DNA of 49,490 nucleotides from an uncultured Gammaproteobacteria bacterium (GCA_963934675.1 CAWVZP010000003.1:1-49490); one strand, 5' to 3'; numbered from the stretch's first letter, positions 1 to 11,816 are shown. Made by a program: numbers and translations. The notes: generated by a model not told the origin, from the sequence alone.

Positions 1-2
1 CT

Positions 3-1946
3 ATCTATCTTGCCATTCCACTAGCCTCTTTGTTTGGTGCAATTATTGCTGGGTTTTTTGGTAAGCAAATTGGCCGTAACATAGCTCACTGGGTAACTAT
101 CCTGGGCGTTGGTACTTCGTTTGTTTTAGCCTTAGTTGTCCTCAAGGATGTTGCTTTTGATGGTGCCGCTATTTACAACGAGTCCTTGTATACCTGGATG
201 GTAAGTGACGGTATTCGCTTTGAAATTGGATTTTTGATCGATAGCTTAACGGCAATCATGATGGTGGTTGTTACCAGCGTGTCTTTAATGGTGCATATTT
301 ATACCATTGGCTATATGCATGATGATCCTGGCTACCAACGATTTTTTAGCTACATTTCATTGTTTACTTTTGCAATGTTAATGTTGGTTATGTCGAATAA
401 TTTTCTTCAGCTTTTCTTTGGGTGGGAGGCTGTCGGATTGGTATCTTATTTACTAATAGGCTTTTGGTTTAAAAAAGATACGGCAATATATGCCAACTTA
501 AAGGCTTTCATGGTCAACCGCGTGGGTGACTTTGGCTTTCTGTTGGGTATTGCGGTTATATTGATGTATACCGGTTCTCTTGATTATTATGAAGTATTTA
601 GCAATTCTGGCCGAATGACGTCTGAAACCATGGAAATAATTCCAGGCATAGAATGGTCCGTAATAACACTAGCCTGTATTTTGCTTTTCGTCGGTGCAAT
701 GGGTAAGTCAGCACAGGTACCTTTACACGTTTGGTTGCCCGATTCGATGGAAGGTCCAACGCCTATTTCTGCCCTGATTCACGCTGCTACCATGGTCACT
801 GCCGGTATTTTCATGGTAGCTCGTATGTCGCCTCTATTCGAACTGTCAGAAACTGCTCTGTCGGTTGTAATTGTGATTGGTGCTACTACTGCATTTTTTA
901 TGGGCTTGGTTGGTATTGTTCAAAACGATATTAAACGGGTTGTTGCCTATTCAACATTGTCACAACTGGGATACATGACTGTTGCCTTAGGTGCTTCTGC
1001 CTACTCTGCCGCTATTTTCCATTTAATGACTCATGCTTTTTTTAAGGCATTGTTATTTCTTGCTGCTGGTTCAGTTATTATCGCCATGCATCACGAACAA
1101 GATATTCGTAAGATGGGTGGGCTTAAGAAATATATGCCGATTACCTATTGGGTTTCGCTGATTGGTTCCTTGTCATTGATTGGCTTTCCTGGTTTCTCTG
1201 GTTACTTTTCGAAAGACGCCATTATTTCGGCTGTTCACAACTCAAGTATTCCTGGTGCTGGTTATGCTTATTGGATGGTACTGTTGGGAGTATTTGTAAC
1301 CGCTTTCTACTCCTTCCGAATGTTCTTTCTAGTCTTTCACGGTAAAGAGCGGATGGATAAGCATACCCGAGAGCACTTGCATGAAACCCCCGCCGTTGTT
1401 ACTTTACCGTTAATCTTGCTTGCTATTCCTTCTGCCATTATTGGCTGGTTAGCCATAGACGGCATCCTATTTAGTGGTTTTCTTGATCAACCTATTTTTG
1501 TTTTAAGCGAGCACGATACTATGGCGGCTGTTGCTCAAACATTCCACGGCCCTGCTAGTTTTGTTGTTCATGGTTTCTCTGAACCAGCGGTATACCTTGC
1601 TTTTGCAGGTCTCGCTTCATCATGGTACATCTATCTTAAGAAGCCCTCGATTGCCGAATGGTTTAAAACCACCTTTAGTTTCATCTACAACTTGTTAGAC
1701 CAGAAATATTATTTTGACAAATTCAATGAAACAGTATTTGCAACGACAAGTCGTGGCATTGGGCACGTATTGTTTCGTATCGGCGATGCTTTGATGATCG
1801 ATGGTCTGGTTGTTAACGGCAGTGCTAAGTTTGTTGGCTGGATGTCAGGTGTCGTTCGTCAGGTACAAACGGGTTATCTCAATCATTATGCATTCGCAAT
1901 GATTTCAGGTTTAATTTTACTTCTCGGCTGGGCCATTTTGGGTTAA
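3..1946 (+). CDS. nuoL: NADH-quinone oxidoreductase subunit L (5'-partial; frame is open from the window edge)
   Basis: Hydrophobic antiporter-like subunit with GKSAQVPLHVWLPDSMEGPTPISALIHAATMV; the frame continues upstream of the TTG at 30 (IYLAIPLASL); followed by nuoM and nuoN. Confidence 0.97.
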   Translation: MYLAIPLASLFGAIIAGFFGKQIGRNIAHWVTILGVGTSFVLALVVLKDVAFDGAAIYNESLYTWMVSDGIRFEIGFLIDSLTAIMMVVVTSVSLMVHIYTIGYMHDDPGYQRFFSYISLFTFAMLMLVMSNNFLQLFFGWEAVGLVSYLLIGFWFKKDTAIYANLKAFMVNRVGDFGFLLGIAVILMYTGSLDYYEVFSNSGRMTSETMEIIPGIEWSVITLACILLFVGAMGKSAQVPLHVWLPDSMEGPTPISALIHAATMVTAGIFMVARMSPLFELSETALSVVIVIGATTAFFMGLVGIVQNDIKRVVAYSTLSQLGYMTVALGASAYSAAIFHLMTHAFFKALLFLAAGSVIIAMHHEQDIRKMGGLKKYMPITYWVSLIGSLSLIGFPGFSGYFSKDAIISAVHNSSIPGAGYAYWMVLLGVFVTAFYSFRMFFLVFHGKERMDKHTREHLHETPAVVTLPLILLAIPSAIIGWLAIDGILFSGFLDQPIFVLSEHDTMAAVAQTFHGPASFVVHGFSEPAVYLAFAGLASSWYIYLKKPSIAEWFKTTFSFIYNLLDQKYYFDKFNETVFATTSRGIGHVLFRIGDALMIDGLVVNGSAKFVGWMSGVVRQVQTGYLNHYAFAMISGLILLLGWAILG

Positions 1947-2006
1947 GCCAGTAGGCTAAATTCATAGACCGTCATTCCTATAACCATAAAAGGTAAGTTT
2001 TAAACT

Positions 2007-3524
2007 ATGTACGCTGATTGGCCATTATTAAGCCTCGTTATCTGGACACCTATTATAGGTGGCTTACTGGTATTGTTTGCGGGCGATAAAAAAAATTCAT
2101 CAGGCGCTAAAAAATTAGCTCTATTGATATCGATTGTTACTTTTTTGTTAACTATTCCGCTTTACACTGCATTTAATGCGGATACCCACTTACTCCAGTT
2201 CGTTGAACAACATAGTTGGATACCAGCCTTTAACATTGATTACTTTATCGGCATAGACGGTATCTCAATGCCACTTATTTTGTTGACATCCTTCACCACG
2301 GTCATTGTCATAATCGCTTCCTGGGAATCAATACAGTATCGGGCGTCACAGTACTTAGCTGCTTTCCTGATAATGGAAGGTTTCATGATTGGCACTTTTT
2401 CTTCTCTTGATGCGATCCTGTTTTACATATTCTTTGAAGCCATGTTGATTCCGATGTTTTTAGTGATCGGCGTGTGGGGTGGTGCGAACCGGATTTACGC
2501 AACGCTTAAGTTTTTCATCTATACCTTTGTCGGTTCGGTATTAATGTTGGTGGCGTTAATTTATATGTATAACAAATCAGGTAGTTTTTCTATATTTGAT
2601 TTTCACGCATTGCAATTAGATTTAAACGAACAGATATTCATTTTTCTTGCTTTTTTAATCGCATTTGCAGTCAAAGTACCCATGTGGCCAGTGCATACTT
2701 GGCTGCCTGATGCTCATGTCGAGGCACCAACCGGTGGTTCAGTTATTCTAGCTGCTATTATGTTAAAAATTGGTGGCTATGGTTTTCTTCGATTCAGCCT
2801 CCCAATTACGCCAGATGCAAGCCTAGAATTAGACTGGTTAGTTATTACAATGTCGCTGACCGCTGTTGTTTATATCGGATTTGTTGCTTTGGTTCAGCAA
2901 GACATGAAGAAGCTTATTGCCTATTCTTCTATTGCTCATATGGGATTTGTTACGCTTGGGTTTTTCATAGTATTTCGAATTATAGATAACGGCAATGGAA
3001 CCCAGGGTGCAGCCTTAGCACTTGAAGGTGGCATGGTACAGATGATTTCTCACGGTTTTATATCGGGTGCTATGTTCCTTTGCGTTGGCGTGCTGTATGA
3101 CCGTATGCACAGCCGTCAAATTGTTGATTATGGTGGTGTGGCTAACACCATGCCAATGTTTGCCGGATTTATGGTTTTCTTTGCGATGGCAAATGCAGGC
3201 CTACCTGGTACATCAGGGTTTGTTGGTGAATTCATGGTCATTCTGGCGAGCTTTCAGGCAAACTTTTGGATTGCATTTTTAGCAGCAACAACGTTGATTC
3301 TTGGAGCCGCCTACACCCTGTGGATGGTTAAGCGAGTGATCTTTGGCAATATAGGGAACGACAACGTTAAAGCATTGATCGATATTAATCGCCGTGAGTT
3401 TTTATTCTTGTCGATCCTAGCAGTAGCGGTACTGGCTCTTGGTCTGTGGCCAGATCCTTTAGTTGATGTAATGCATGCCACCATCGATAACTTGTTGAAC
3501 CATATTATGATCTCGAAGATATAA
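2007..3524 (+). CDS. nuoM: NADH-quinone oxidoreductase subunit M
   Basis: AFAVKVPMWPVHTWLPDAHVEAPTGGSVILA motif; operon position. Confidence 0.97.
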   Translation: MYADWPLLSLVIWTPIIGGLLVLFAGDKKNSSGAKKLALLISIVTFLLTIPLYTAFNADTHLLQFVEQHSWIPAFNIDYFIGIDGISMPLILLTSFTTVIVIIASWESIQYRASQYLAAFLIMEGFMIGTFSSLDAILFYIFFEAMLIPMFLVIGVWGGANRIYATLKFFIYTFVGSVLMLVALIYMYNKSGSFSIFDFHALQLDLNEQIFIFLAFLIAFAVKVPMWPVHTWLPDAHVEAPTGGSVILAAIMLKIGGYGFLRFSLPITPDASLELDWLVITMSLTAVVYIGFVALVQQDMKKLIAYSSIAHMGFVTLGFFIVFRIIDNGNGTQGAALALEGGMVQMISHGFISGAMFLCVGVLYDRMHSRQIVDYGGVANTMPMFAGFMVFFAMANAGLPGTSGFVGEFMVILASFQANFWIAFLAATTLILGAAYTLWMVKRVIFGNIGNDNVKALIDINRREFLFLSILAVAVLALGLWPDPLVDVMHATIDNLLNHIMISKI

Positions 3525-3531
3525 GTAACCT

Positions 3532-4980
3532 ATGTCAGAATTCATCCAGCCTAATTTAATTCCCGCAATACCTGAAATGGTATTGCTTGCTTTGACCTGT
3601 TTAATACTTGTGGTTGATCTGTTCTTACCGCAGGAAAGGCGTGGTTTTACCTTATGTCTTACTGTGCTAGCGCTAATAATAACGGCTGCTGCCGTAATTG
3701 CGGTAGCGCCAGTTGATGCAGTTTCAACCTTTGGTGGGTCCTTCATACTGGATCAACTAGCGGTTACATTAAAAGTAGCGATCCTTTTAATTAGTGCTCT
3801 CGTGTTTATTTATTCTCGTGATTATCTTAAAGATCACGATATTTATAAGGGTGAGTATTATGTGCTCGGACTATTTGCTGTGCTTGGGATGATGATTATG
3901 ACTTCAGCTCACAGTTTCTTGTTAGTTTATTTAGGTCTTGAATTACTGTCACTGTCGCTTTACGCCATGATTGCTTTTAACCGGAAGTCTATGCAGGCTT
4001 CTGAGTCAGCAATGAAATACTTTGTACTTGGTGCAATGGCTTCAGGTCTTCTGTTGTACGGTATTTCTATTTTCTACGGCATTACTGGAACGCTCGATCT
4101 TAATCAGTTATCAGATGTTGTTAGGGTTCAATTGACTGAAAATCCGATTGCACTGTCGTTTGCTCTGACTTTTATTATCGTTGGCTTATCATTTAAACTC
4201 GGTGCCGTTCCATTCCACATGTGGCTTCCGGATATTTACCAAGGAGCGCCCACGTCAGTGACGTTGTTTATTGGTACAGCACCTAAAATTGCTGGCTTTG
4301 CAATGGCGATTAGATTGCTAGTTGATGGCCTATCCGATTTGCAATTTGAGTGGTCTCAAATGCTACTAGTGCTGGCAATTGCCTCGATAGCGTTGGGTAA
4401 TGTTGTTGCTATTGTGCAAACCAATTTCAAACGTATGCTGGCTTACTCAACCGTATCTCATGTTGGTTTTATTATGCTCGGGTTGTTGTCTGGCACTGCA
4501 ATTGGCTACTCGGCCTCTATGTTTTATACATTGACCTATGCGATTACGGCATCGGTTGCCTTTGGTGTGTTAATGCTACTGAATCGTGAAGGCTTTGAAG
4601 CTGAAAATATTGTCGACCTGACCGGGCTCAATAATAAAAATCCATGGTACGCAGCGTTGCTCGCGATTGCGCTATTTTCAATGGCTGGGTTACCACCGAC
4701 CGTTGGTTTCTATGCTAAATTAAGTGTGCTTCAGGCCGTTGTTAGTATCGATATGGTTTGGCTTGCCGTTGTTGCTGTATTATTGTCCGTCATCGGTCTC
4801 TTCTACTATTTACGGGTTGTAAAGGCGATGTATTTTGATCCTTCTGATCAAGAGCGTGAGTTAAGTATTAAAGATCCGCTTGATGTGAAGATATTGCTGA
4901 GCTTAAATGGTTTGAGTTTACTTGGGCTTGGTATATTTCCGTCAGGTTTAATGGCTTACTGTATTTTGGCCTTCAACTGA
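3532..4980 (+). CDS. nuoN: NADH-quinone oxidoreductase subunit N
   Basis: ESAMKYFVLGA, FKLGAVPFHMWLPDIYQGAP and KRMLAYS motifs; last gene of the nuo operon. Confidence 0.97.
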   Translation: MSEFIQPNLIPAIPEMVLLALTCLILVVDLFLPQERRGFTLCLTVLALIITAAAVIAVAPVDAVSTFGGSFILDQLAVTLKVAILLISALVFIYSRDYLKDHDIYKGEYYVLGLFAVLGMMIMTSAHSFLLVYLGLELLSLSLYAMIAFNRKSMQASESAMKYFVLGAMASGLLLYGISIFYGITGTLDLNQLSDVVRVQLTENPIALSFALTFIIVGLSFKLGAVPFHMWLPDIYQGAPTSVTLFIGTAPKIAGFAMAIRLLVDGLSDLQFEWSQMLLVLAIASIALGNVVAIVQTNFKRMLAYSTVSHVGFIMLGLLSGTAIGYSASMFYTLTYAITASVAFGVLMLLNREGFEAENIVDLTGLNNKNPWYAALLAIALFSMAGLPPTVGFYAKLSVLQAVVSIDMVWLAVVAVLLSVIGLFYYLRVVKAMYFDPSDQERELSIKDPLDVKILLSLNGLSLLGLGIFPSGLMAYCILAFN

Positions 4981-5073
4981 GCCCTTATAGGCTCACACGA
5001 TAGTTAATTTTTAGTCATTTAATTCAACTTTTTATTTTAAATGAATTACTTACAAAAACTTATCAAAAACCGC

Positions 5074-5102
5074 TTGTAAATAGTAATCAACATGGCTATT
5101 AT
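5074..5102 (+). promoter_or_regulatory. sigma70 promoter of the tRNA-fMet/rimP operon
   Basis: TTGTAA-17 bp-TATTAT followed by GC-rich discriminator GCCGACC, 13 bp before the tRNA. Confidence 0.75.
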
Positions 5103-5115
5103 GCCGACCTTCTGA

Positions 5116-5192
<77 letters not shown>

Positions 5193-5247
5193 AATACACT
5201 GGCTATTGACTATTTAATGTCAGAAAGCAAGTTCATAGTCAGTTATC

Positions 5248-5271
5248 AAAGGCCCTTTATGGGCCTTTTTT
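5248..5271 (+). terminator. Intrinsic terminator/attenuator hairpin in the rimP leader
   Basis: AAAGGCCC-tttat-GGGCCTTTTTT between the tRNA and rimP; resembles the conserved GGGC...GCCC rimP-leader hairpin. Confidence 0.75.
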
Positions 5272-5297
5272 ATTGGTTTAATTTAAGGTCCAGCAAC

Positions 5298-5744
5298 GTG
5301 AAAGATTTATCTGAATTATTCGAACCAGTGGTAGAAGCGATGGGTTATGAATTCGTCGGCGTCGAATTCACTGGTGGTTCTAGTCACGGCACGCTTTGTG
5401 TTTACATTGACCGCGAGCAGGGTGTTGATGTAGATGACTGTGCTTCAATTAGTCATCAGATCAGTGCTATCCTTGATGTAGAAGAGCCTATTCAGCAAGC
5501 GTTTGATTTGCAGGTGTCTTCACCTGGAATTAATCGTCCGCTATTTAAGTTAACTGACTACGATCGCTTCGCTGGTGAGAATGTCAAAATCAAATTAGAT
5601 GTTGGCCTGACTGGAAGAAAAAATTTTAAGGGCACTCTGAAAGGTGTCGTTCAATCAAAGTTTGTTCAGATCGACGTTGATGGTGAATTTTTCGATTTAC
5701 CGTTTTTAGATATTGGTAAAGCGAATTTGATCGGTCGATTTTAA
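5298..5744 (+). CDS. rimP: Ribosome maturation factor RimP
   Basis: LQVSSPGINRPL motif; precedes nusA; start placed at GTG 5298 (after AAGGT) because ATG 5217 lies upstream of the leader hairpin. Confidence 0.95.
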   Translation: MKDLSELFEPVVEAMGYEFVGVEFTGGSSHGTLCVYIDREQGVDVDDCASISHQISAILDVEEPIQQAFDLQVSSPGINRPLFKLTDYDRFAGENVKIKLDVGLTGRKNFKGTLKGVVQSKFVQIDVDGEFFDLPFLDIGKANLIGRF

Positions 5745-5844
5745 ATACACAGATCTTTAAAGTTGTTGGTGAGGTGAGGGTCGCTCTTCACAAATACAGA
5801 TAACAGAATGCAGATTTAAAGTATTCTATATATTGCGAGAAACA

Positions 5845-7353
5845 ATGATGGAAAATAAAGAAATTCTGTTAGTAGCAGATACTGTTTCAAATGAAAAAGG
5901 TGTTGATCGTGAAGTTATTTTCGAAGCGATTGAAGCCGCTTTAGCATCTGCTACTAAAAAGAAGCATGGTCAAGAAATTGAAGTTCGTGTCGAAATCGAT
6001 CGAAAGACGGGTGACTACGATACTTACCGTCGTTGGGAAGTGGTGTTGTCCGGTGATAACGGTCTTGAAGAGCCATTGAGGCAGACTAGTCTTGAAGCTG
6101 CTCAATATGAGCAACCCGACATTGAACTAGGTGAATTTATAGAAGAGCAAATTGACTCTGTAGAATTTGGCCGTATTGCCGCTCAAACAGCGAAGCAAGT
6201 TATTGTCCAAAAAGTTCGTGAGGCTGAACGTCGCAAAGTTATAGATGCTTACATAGAAAAACAAAATAGCTTAGTCATGGGGCAGGTCAAGAGAGTAGAG
6301 CGAGGTAACGTCTATGTTGACCTTGGTGATAATGCCGAGGGTTTTATACCGCGCGAAGAAATGATTCCACGTGAATCTATGCGTCCTGGTGATCGTGTAC
6401 GTGGCTTCTTATATAAAATTGCTTCTGAAGTTCGAGGTCCGCAGCTTTTTATTAGCCGAACAGCACCTGAATTTCTAATGGAATTATTTAAGCTTGAGGT
6501 GCCTGAAGTAGGGCAGGGTTTAATTGAAATTATATCTGCTGCTCGTGATCCGGGTATGCGTGCGAAAATCGCAGTCAAAAGTAACGAGCCAAGAATGGAT
6601 CCAGTCGGCGCTTGTGTTGGTATGCGCGGTTCTCGAGTGCAGTCAGTTTCTAACGAGTTAGCTGGGGAGCGAGTTGATATTATCTTGTGGGATGATAATC
6701 CAGCTCAATTTGCTGTTAACGCAATGTCACCAGCTGAAGTAACCTCGATAGTCATTGATGAAGAGAAACATGCAATGGATATTGCCGTACCCGAAGATAA
6801 GTTATCTCAAGCCATAGGTCGAGGAGGCCAAAACATTAAGCTTGCTAGTCAGCTGACTGGTTGGACTCTAAACGTAATGGACGAAGCCGCTGCGGAAGAA
6901 AAGTCTGAAAGCGAGTCTCGTCAGTTGGTCGAAAGTTTTATGGAGCAACTTGATGTTGACGAAGAAGTTGCGGTTATCTTGGTGCAGGAAGGTTTAACAA
7001 CCATCGACGAAGTAGCCTACATTCCTGAGGCCGAGCTGGTTGAAATTGAAGAGTTTGATGAAGATATCGTTCGTGAACTTCGTGGGCGTGCTCGTGATGC
7101 GTTGTTAACCTTGGCTATTGCCAAAGAAGAAACGGCGGAAGCAGGTGAGCCGCAAGACGATTTGGTGAATATGGAGCTTATGACTGACGAACTAGCACAT
7201 CAGTTGTCTCGACGTGGTATTTGTACGATGGAAGACCTTGCTGAGCAATCAACAGATGAGCTTGAAGAGAACGAAGGCTTAGAGGCTGAGTTCGCGGGTC
7301 AGTTGATTATGAAAGCTCGCGAACCTTGGTTTGCCGAAGACGGCACTAAGTAA
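5845..7353 (+). CDS. nusA: Transcription termination/antitermination factor NusA
   Basis: [40 protein letters not shown], acidic C-terminal repeats; start is ATG 5845 or 5848. Confidence 0.98.
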   Translation: MMENKEILLVADTVSNEKGVDREVIFEAIEAALASATKKKHGQEIEVRVEIDRKTGDYDTYRRWEVVLSGDNGLEEPLRQTSLEAAQYEQPDIELGEFIEEQIDSVEFGRIAAQTAKQVIVQKVREAERRKVIDAYIEKQNSLVMGQVKRVERGNVYVDLGDNAEGFIPREEMIPRESMRPGDRVRGFLYKIASEVRGPQLFISRTAPEFLMELFKLEVPEVGQGLIEIISAARDPGMRAKIAVKSNEPRMDPVGACVGMRGSRVQSVSNELAGERVDIILWDDNPAQFAVNAMSPAEVTSIVIDEEKHAMDIAVPEDKLSQAIGRGGQNIKLASQLTGWTLNVMDEAAAEEKSESESRQLVESFMEQLDVDEEVAVILVQEGLTTIDEVAYIPEAELVEIEEFDEDIVRELRGRARDALLTLAIAKEETAEAGEPQDDLVNMELMTDELAHQLSRRGICTMEDLAEQSTDELEENEGLEAEFAGQLIMKAREPWFAEDGTK

Positions 7354-7411
7354 TCTGTAACCAAAGGCTAAGAAAAGTAGCTATCAACCATTTGCATTAG
7401 GACAGATAAAC

Positions 7412-10051
7412 ATGGCAAACGCGACAGCAAAACAACTCTCTGAAGTGATCGGCATTAGTGTCGATAAACTGCTGGACCAATTGAGTGCAGCCGGTGTAAA
7501 CGTTGCGGGTGCGGATGATCCCATCTCCGACGAAGACAAGCTAAAACTGCTTGAGTCTCTTCGAACCAGTCATGGTAAAGCAGAGGAGGGTGGACCCAAG
7601 AAGATTACTTTAAATCGTAAAAGCAAGAGCGAATTAAAAGTGTCTGGTTTAGCGGGTCGTAACTCCACCACTAAAACAATTAATGTTGAGGTTCGTAAAA
7701 AGCGTACCTATGCACGCCCAACGAACGTTGAGCCTAGAACGGAAATTGAAGTTAAAATTGAAGCCGTAGCTGAAGCGCTAATGGTTATTGATGTCGAGGC
7801 AACCCAAAGTGTTGAGCCAGTAGAAGAAATTGTAGAGGTAATTGATCCAGTTGCTTTAGCCGCTGCTAAAGAAGCCGAAGAAGCCGCTGTTCGTGAAGCG
7901 GAAGAAGCTCGGCTAGTTATGGAGATTGAGCATAAGGAAGCTGAAAAGCAGGCCTACTCAAAAAGCCTTAAAGAAGTAGAAGTTGCACAAGAAATAATTA
8001 TTAAAAAAATGGCAGAAGCTGCTGCAGCTTCTGCAGCAGAAGATGCAGCAAAAGCGGCTTTAGCAGAGGCTTCTCGTGCTGCTGCAGCAGCAGTAGCTAA
8101 CGAAGAAAAAAGCGGCAAGCAAGGTAAGCGCGGTGATGATAAGGGCACTCGCTACGGCCGTAAAGAGTTACATGTTAAACCTGGCGGCAAGCAAGGGGCT
8201 GGTGGTCGGAAGCAAAAATTTAAGAAAAGCCGGAGACAGGCTAGCGATCCAAATAACGCGCATGGTTTTGCGATGCCAACCTCACCGATTATTCGTAATG
8301 TCGAAATTTCTGATTCGATGACTGTTGGTGAATTGGCGCAAAAAATGGCAGTCAAAGGTGGTGACGTTGTTAAGGCTCTGATGCAAATGGGCAGTATGTC
8401 TACCATTAATCAAGTTCTTGATGTTGACACGGCCACAATGGTTGTAGAGGAAATGGGTCATAACGTCATTGCTGTTGTAACTGAAGATGACTTTGAAAAG
8501 AAGTTGTTCGAAAATGTTGCTGAAGCCAGTGAAGATATGGTTGCACGGCCTCCGGTTGTTACAATCATGGGTCATGTTGATCACGGTAAAACCTCTCTAC
8601 TGGATTATATTCGCAAGTCTCGAGTTACGTCAGGTGAAGCTGGTGGCATAACCCAGCATATTGGTGCTTATCATGTAGAAACAGATCAAGGCATGATTAC
8701 TTTTCTAGATACGCCTGGACACGCTGCTTTTTCTGCAATGCGTGCTCGTGGTGCCCAGGCGACTGATATTGTCGTATTGGTTGTCGCGGCAGACGATGGT
8801 GTAATGCCACAAACCAGAGAAGCAGTTGACCATGCTCGTGCAGCTAATGTACCGCTTGTTATTGCAGTCAATAAAATGGATAAAGAAAGTGCTGATCCCG
8901 ATCGTGTTAAGAGCGAGCTAGCAGCGTTAGAAGTTATCCCAGAAGATTGGGGCGGAGAAAATATATTTGTTCCTGTCTCAGCAATAACTGGTGAGGGTGT
9001 TGAGCAATTACTTGAATCAATTTTATTGCAGTCTGAATTACTTGAATTGAAAGCAGCGAATTCGGGCAGTGCAAAAGGTATTGTAGTTGAAGCAACTCTT
9101 GATAAAGGACGTGGTCCAGTAGCTACCATCTTGGTCCAGTCTGGTGAGTTAAAGAAAGGTCAGCTGTTACTAGCTGGCACGCAATATGGCCGTGTACGAG
9201 CCATGTATGATGAGTCATCAAAAGCAATTGATTCCGCTGGGCCCTCTATTCCTGTTGTTGTGCTCGGTCTTTCTGGTGTGCCTAGTGCTGGAGACGAGGT
9301 CTTCGTCGTTGAGAATGAACGTAAAGCTAGAGAATTTGCTGAGGCTCGTGAATCTAAGATTCGTGAAGCTAAATTAACTGACCAGCATAAAACCAAATTG
9401 CAAGGCATGTTTGATGCAATGACAGAAGGTGAGATATCTGAAGTCAATGTATTAATTAAGGCTGATGTACAGGGTAGTGCGGAAGCCATTCGCGAAGCAT
9501 TACAAAAACTATCGACTGATGAGGTGCGCGCTAATATTATCAGTTGTGGTGTTGGTGGCTTAAGTGAATCTGATATTAATCTTGCAGCGGCGTCATCTGC
9601 CATGGTGGTCGGTTTTAACGTTCGAGCCGATACTGCTGCAAAACGCGCAGCTGAAAGTGGTGGTGTCGATATTCGTTACTACAGTATTATTTATGAAGTT
9701 ATCGATATTATTAAAGCCGCTATGTCAGGCCTGCTCGCACCCGAAGCACGAGAGAATATTCTTGGTTTGGCGACTGTAAAAGAAGTCTACAGTTCACCTA
9801 AGTTTGGTGACGTTGCTGGATCAATGGTTGTCGATGGTTTTGTTCGTAAAGGTCTACCAATTCGTGTATTGCGTGACAATGTTGTTGTATATGAAGGTGA
9901 GCTCGAGTCATTACGTCGTTTTAAGGATCCTGTTGAAGAAGTCCGAATGGGCACCGAATGTGGTATTGCTGTCAAAAACTACAATGATGTTCGACCTGGT
10001 GATCAAATCGAAGTCTTTGAGCGAGTTGAAATTTCGCGTTCACTTGATTAA
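7412..10051 (+). CDS. infB: Translation initiation factor IF-2
   Basis: [35 protein letters not shown] and NKMD GTPase motifs. Confidence 0.99.
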   Translation: MANATAKQLSEVIGISVDKLLDQLSAAGVNVAGADDPISDEDKLKLLESLRTSHGKAEEGGPKKITLNRKSKSELKVSGLAGRNSTTKTINVEVRKKRTYARPTNVEPRTEIEVKIEAVAEALMVIDVEATQSVEPVEEIVEVIDPVALAAAKEAEEAAVREAEEARLVMEIEHKEAEKQAYSKSLKEVEVAQEIIIKKMAEAAAASAAEDAAKAALAEASRAAAAAVANEEKSGKQGKRGDDKGTRYGRKELHVKPGGKQGAGGRKQKFKKSRRQASDPNNAHGFAMPTSPIIRNVEISDSMTVGELAQKMAVKGGDVVKALMQMGSMSTINQVLDVDTATMVVEEMGHNVIAVVTEDDFEKKLFENVAEASEDMVARPPVVTIMGHVDHGKTSLLDYIRKSRVTSGEAGGITQHIGAYHVETDQGMITFLDTPGHAAFSAMRARGAQATDIVVLVVAADDGVMPQTREAVDHARAANVPLVIAVNKMDKESADPDRVKSELAALEVIPEDWGGENIFVPVSAITGEGVEQLLESILLQSELLELKAANSGSAKGIVVEATLDKGRGPVATILVQSGELKKGQLLLAGTQYGRVRAMYDESSKAIDSAGPSIPVVVLGLSGVPSAGDEVFVVENERKAREFAEARESKIREAKLTDQHKTKLQGMFDAMTEGEISEVNVLIKADVQGSAEAIREALQKLSTDEVRANIISCGVGGLSESDINLAAASSAMVVGFNVRADTAAKRAAESGGVDIRYYSIIYEVIDIIKAAMSGLLAPEARENILGLATVKEVYSSPKFGDVAGSMVVDGFVRKGLPIRVLRDNVVVYEGELESLRRFKDPVEEVRMGTECGIAVKNYNDVRPGDQIEVFERVEISRSLD

Positions 10052-10095
10052 CCGCCTAATTCTTATCTTTAACTTAACTAACGTCGGCCATAGTA

Positions 10096-10464
10096 ATGCC
10101 TAAGGATTATTCTCGTAGCGACAGATTAGCCTCACAGATTCATCGTGAGCTAGCTGGTCTGATTAATAGCAGTGTGAAAGACCCACGGATGTCATCATCG
10201 AGTGTGCTTGAAGTGGTAGTGACTAAAGATTTGTCGCAAGCTAAAGTCTATTTCAGTGTATTGGACCCTGAGGCGTCAGAGGAAACTCTGCTGGCCTTGA
10301 AGCGAGCAAGTGGGTTTTTACAGCGCGAAATTGGACGGGTTTTGAAATCACGCCTAACTCCAAAGCTTGTGTTTGTTTATGATGATACTGATATTCGTGG
10401 TCGTAATATGTCGGAATTAATCGATTCTGCCATCGAAAAAGACAAGGCGAATAATTCCGAATAA
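10096..10464 (+). CDS. rbfA: 30S ribosome-binding factor RbfA
   Basis: RSDRLASQIHRELA, KDPR, DLSQAKVY, PKLVFVYD; synteny. Confidence 0.96.
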   Translation: MPKDYSRSDRLASQIHRELAGLINSSVKDPRMSSSSVLEVVVTKDLSQAKVYFSVLDPEASEETLLALKRASGFLQREIGRVLKSRLTPKLVFVYDDTDIRGRNMSELIDSAIEKDKANNSE

Positions 10465-11390
10465 TGGGTCGAGGTGCGCGTAAACCAGTCGGATTCCGTG
10501 ATGTTGACGGTATTCTTTTGCTAAATAAGCCGCTGGGTATTAGTTCAAATAAAGCCTTGCAGACGGCTCGTTTTTTATTTCAGGCCAATAAAGGCGGACA
10601 TACGGGCAGTCTCGACCCACTCGCTTCTGGCATGTTACCGATTTGTTTTGGCGAAGCAGCTAAATTCTCATCCTATCTACTTGACGCTAGTAAGAGCTAT
10701 CGTGCGATTTGCCATCTTGGTCAAACGACTTCAACAGGTGATGCAGAGGGCGAAATAACGTCTGAATCACCCGTTAATGTGAGCGAGTTTGATATTGCTG
10801 CGGTACTTGAATCTCTCACTGGATCGATTGAACAAATCCCACCTATGTACTCGGCTCTGAAACACCATGGTCAGCCACTTTACCGTCTAGCTAGAAAAGG
10901 TAAAGAAGTTACTCGCTTAGCAAGGCCAATAGAGATTTATAAACTGACCCAGACAAGCTTTAATGGCATCCAGTTGGAAATAGACGTTCATTGCTCTAAA
11001 GGAACTTATATTCGCACTCTTGCGGAAGACATAGGGTCCGCACTTGGTTGTGGTGCGTTTGTTAGTTTACTTGAGCGAAAAGCGGTGCATCCCTATTGGC
11101 AGCAACCTAGTTATACACTCGATTATTTGACCCAATTATCCGAACAAGGTCTCGACGTTATGGATCAATGCTTGCTGCCGGTTAACAGTGCCTTAGCGGA
11201 TCTACACGAGTTAACAATAGACGCTGCCGCGGTTGATTTATTAAAGAATGGTGTGGCAGTTAAAGTTAATAATATGGGACATAGTGATCTATTGAGTTTA
11301 GTGTCAGAAAGTGGCGAATTTATAGGCATTGGAAAAGCTCTGCTAAATGGTTTGATAGCGCCTAAAAGATTAATGAATACAGCAAGATAA
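10464..11390 (+). CDS. truB: tRNA pseudouridine(55) synthase TruB
   Basis: GHTGSLDPLASG with catalytic Asp, QIPPMYSALK, CSKGTYIRTL. Confidence 0.98.
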   Translation: MGRGARKPVGFRDVDGILLLNKPLGISSNKALQTARFLFQANKGGHTGSLDPLASGMLPICFGEAAKFSSYLLDASKSYRAICHLGQTTSTGDAEGEITSESPVNVSEFDIAAVLESLTGSIEQIPPMYSALKHHGQPLYRLARKGKEVTRLARPIEIYKLTQTSFNGIQLEIDVHCSKGTYIRTLAEDIGSALGCGAFVSLLERKAVHPYWQQPSYTLDYLTQLSEQGLDVMDQCLLPVNSALADLHELTIDAAAVDLLKNGVAVKVNNMGHSDLLSLVSESGEFIGIGKALLNGLIAPKRLMNTAR

Positions 11391-11441
11391 ATGTTGTTTT
11401 ATAGGGCTGGAATTTAAACTGGTAGAATTCCGTAAAACCCC

Positions 11442-11470
11442 TTGTTACTACCTGCTCTGCTAGGTAGAAT
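11442..11470 (+). promoter_or_regulatory. sigma70 promoter of rpsO-pnp (plus a second extended -10 TGGTAGAAT at 11420-11428)
   Basis: TTGTTA-17 bp-TAGAAT, 32 bp upstream of the rpsO ATG. Confidence 0.6.
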
Positions 11471-11502
11471 ACCAGCCTTTTCGAGCCTACGAGGTTTTAT
11501 TC

Positions 11503-11772
11503 ATGTCAATGACAGCTGATCAAAAGCGAGAAATCGTTTCTGTGCACCAGCAATCCGAAGGTGATACAGGTTCACCTGAGGTGCAGGTTGCGCTACTTTC
11601 ACATCAAATCAAGCACTTAACTGAACACTTTAAGGAGCATATCCACGACCATCACTCGCGTCGCGGTCTGCTGAAAATGGTTAACCAGCGTCGTAGCTTA
11701 CTGGATTATTTGAAAACAAAAAACCAGAGTCGCTATAGAGATTTGATCGGAAAATTAGGTTTACGTCGTTAG
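11503..11772 (+). CDS. rpsO: 30S ribosomal protein S15
   Basis: [25 protein letters not shown]; 89 aa. Confidence 0.99.
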   Translation: MSMTADQKREIVSVHQQSEGDTGSPEVQVALLSHQIKHLTEHFKEHIHDHHSRRGLLKMVNQRRSLLDYLKTKNQSRYRDLIGKLGLRR

Positions 11773-11816
11773 TAATACAATTGCTGAGACTTTGATTAAT
11801 CCTAGAGAGGTAGAAT

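Noticed and set aside
5217-5297. N-terminal extension of RimP from ATG 5217
   Set aside because: Runs through the leader terminator hairpin; the RimP-like sequence begins at GTG 5298
8012-8034. Palindrome GCAGAAGCTGC-T-GCAGCTTCTGC in infB
   Set aside because: Explained by Ala-rich GCA/GCT codons in the IF-2 low-complexity linker
7954-9975. Multiple antisense and alternate-frame ORFs within infB (and similar ones in nuo, pnp, nadB, rlmD, MFS)
   Set aside because: Fully overlap confidently identified genes; codon-bias shadows
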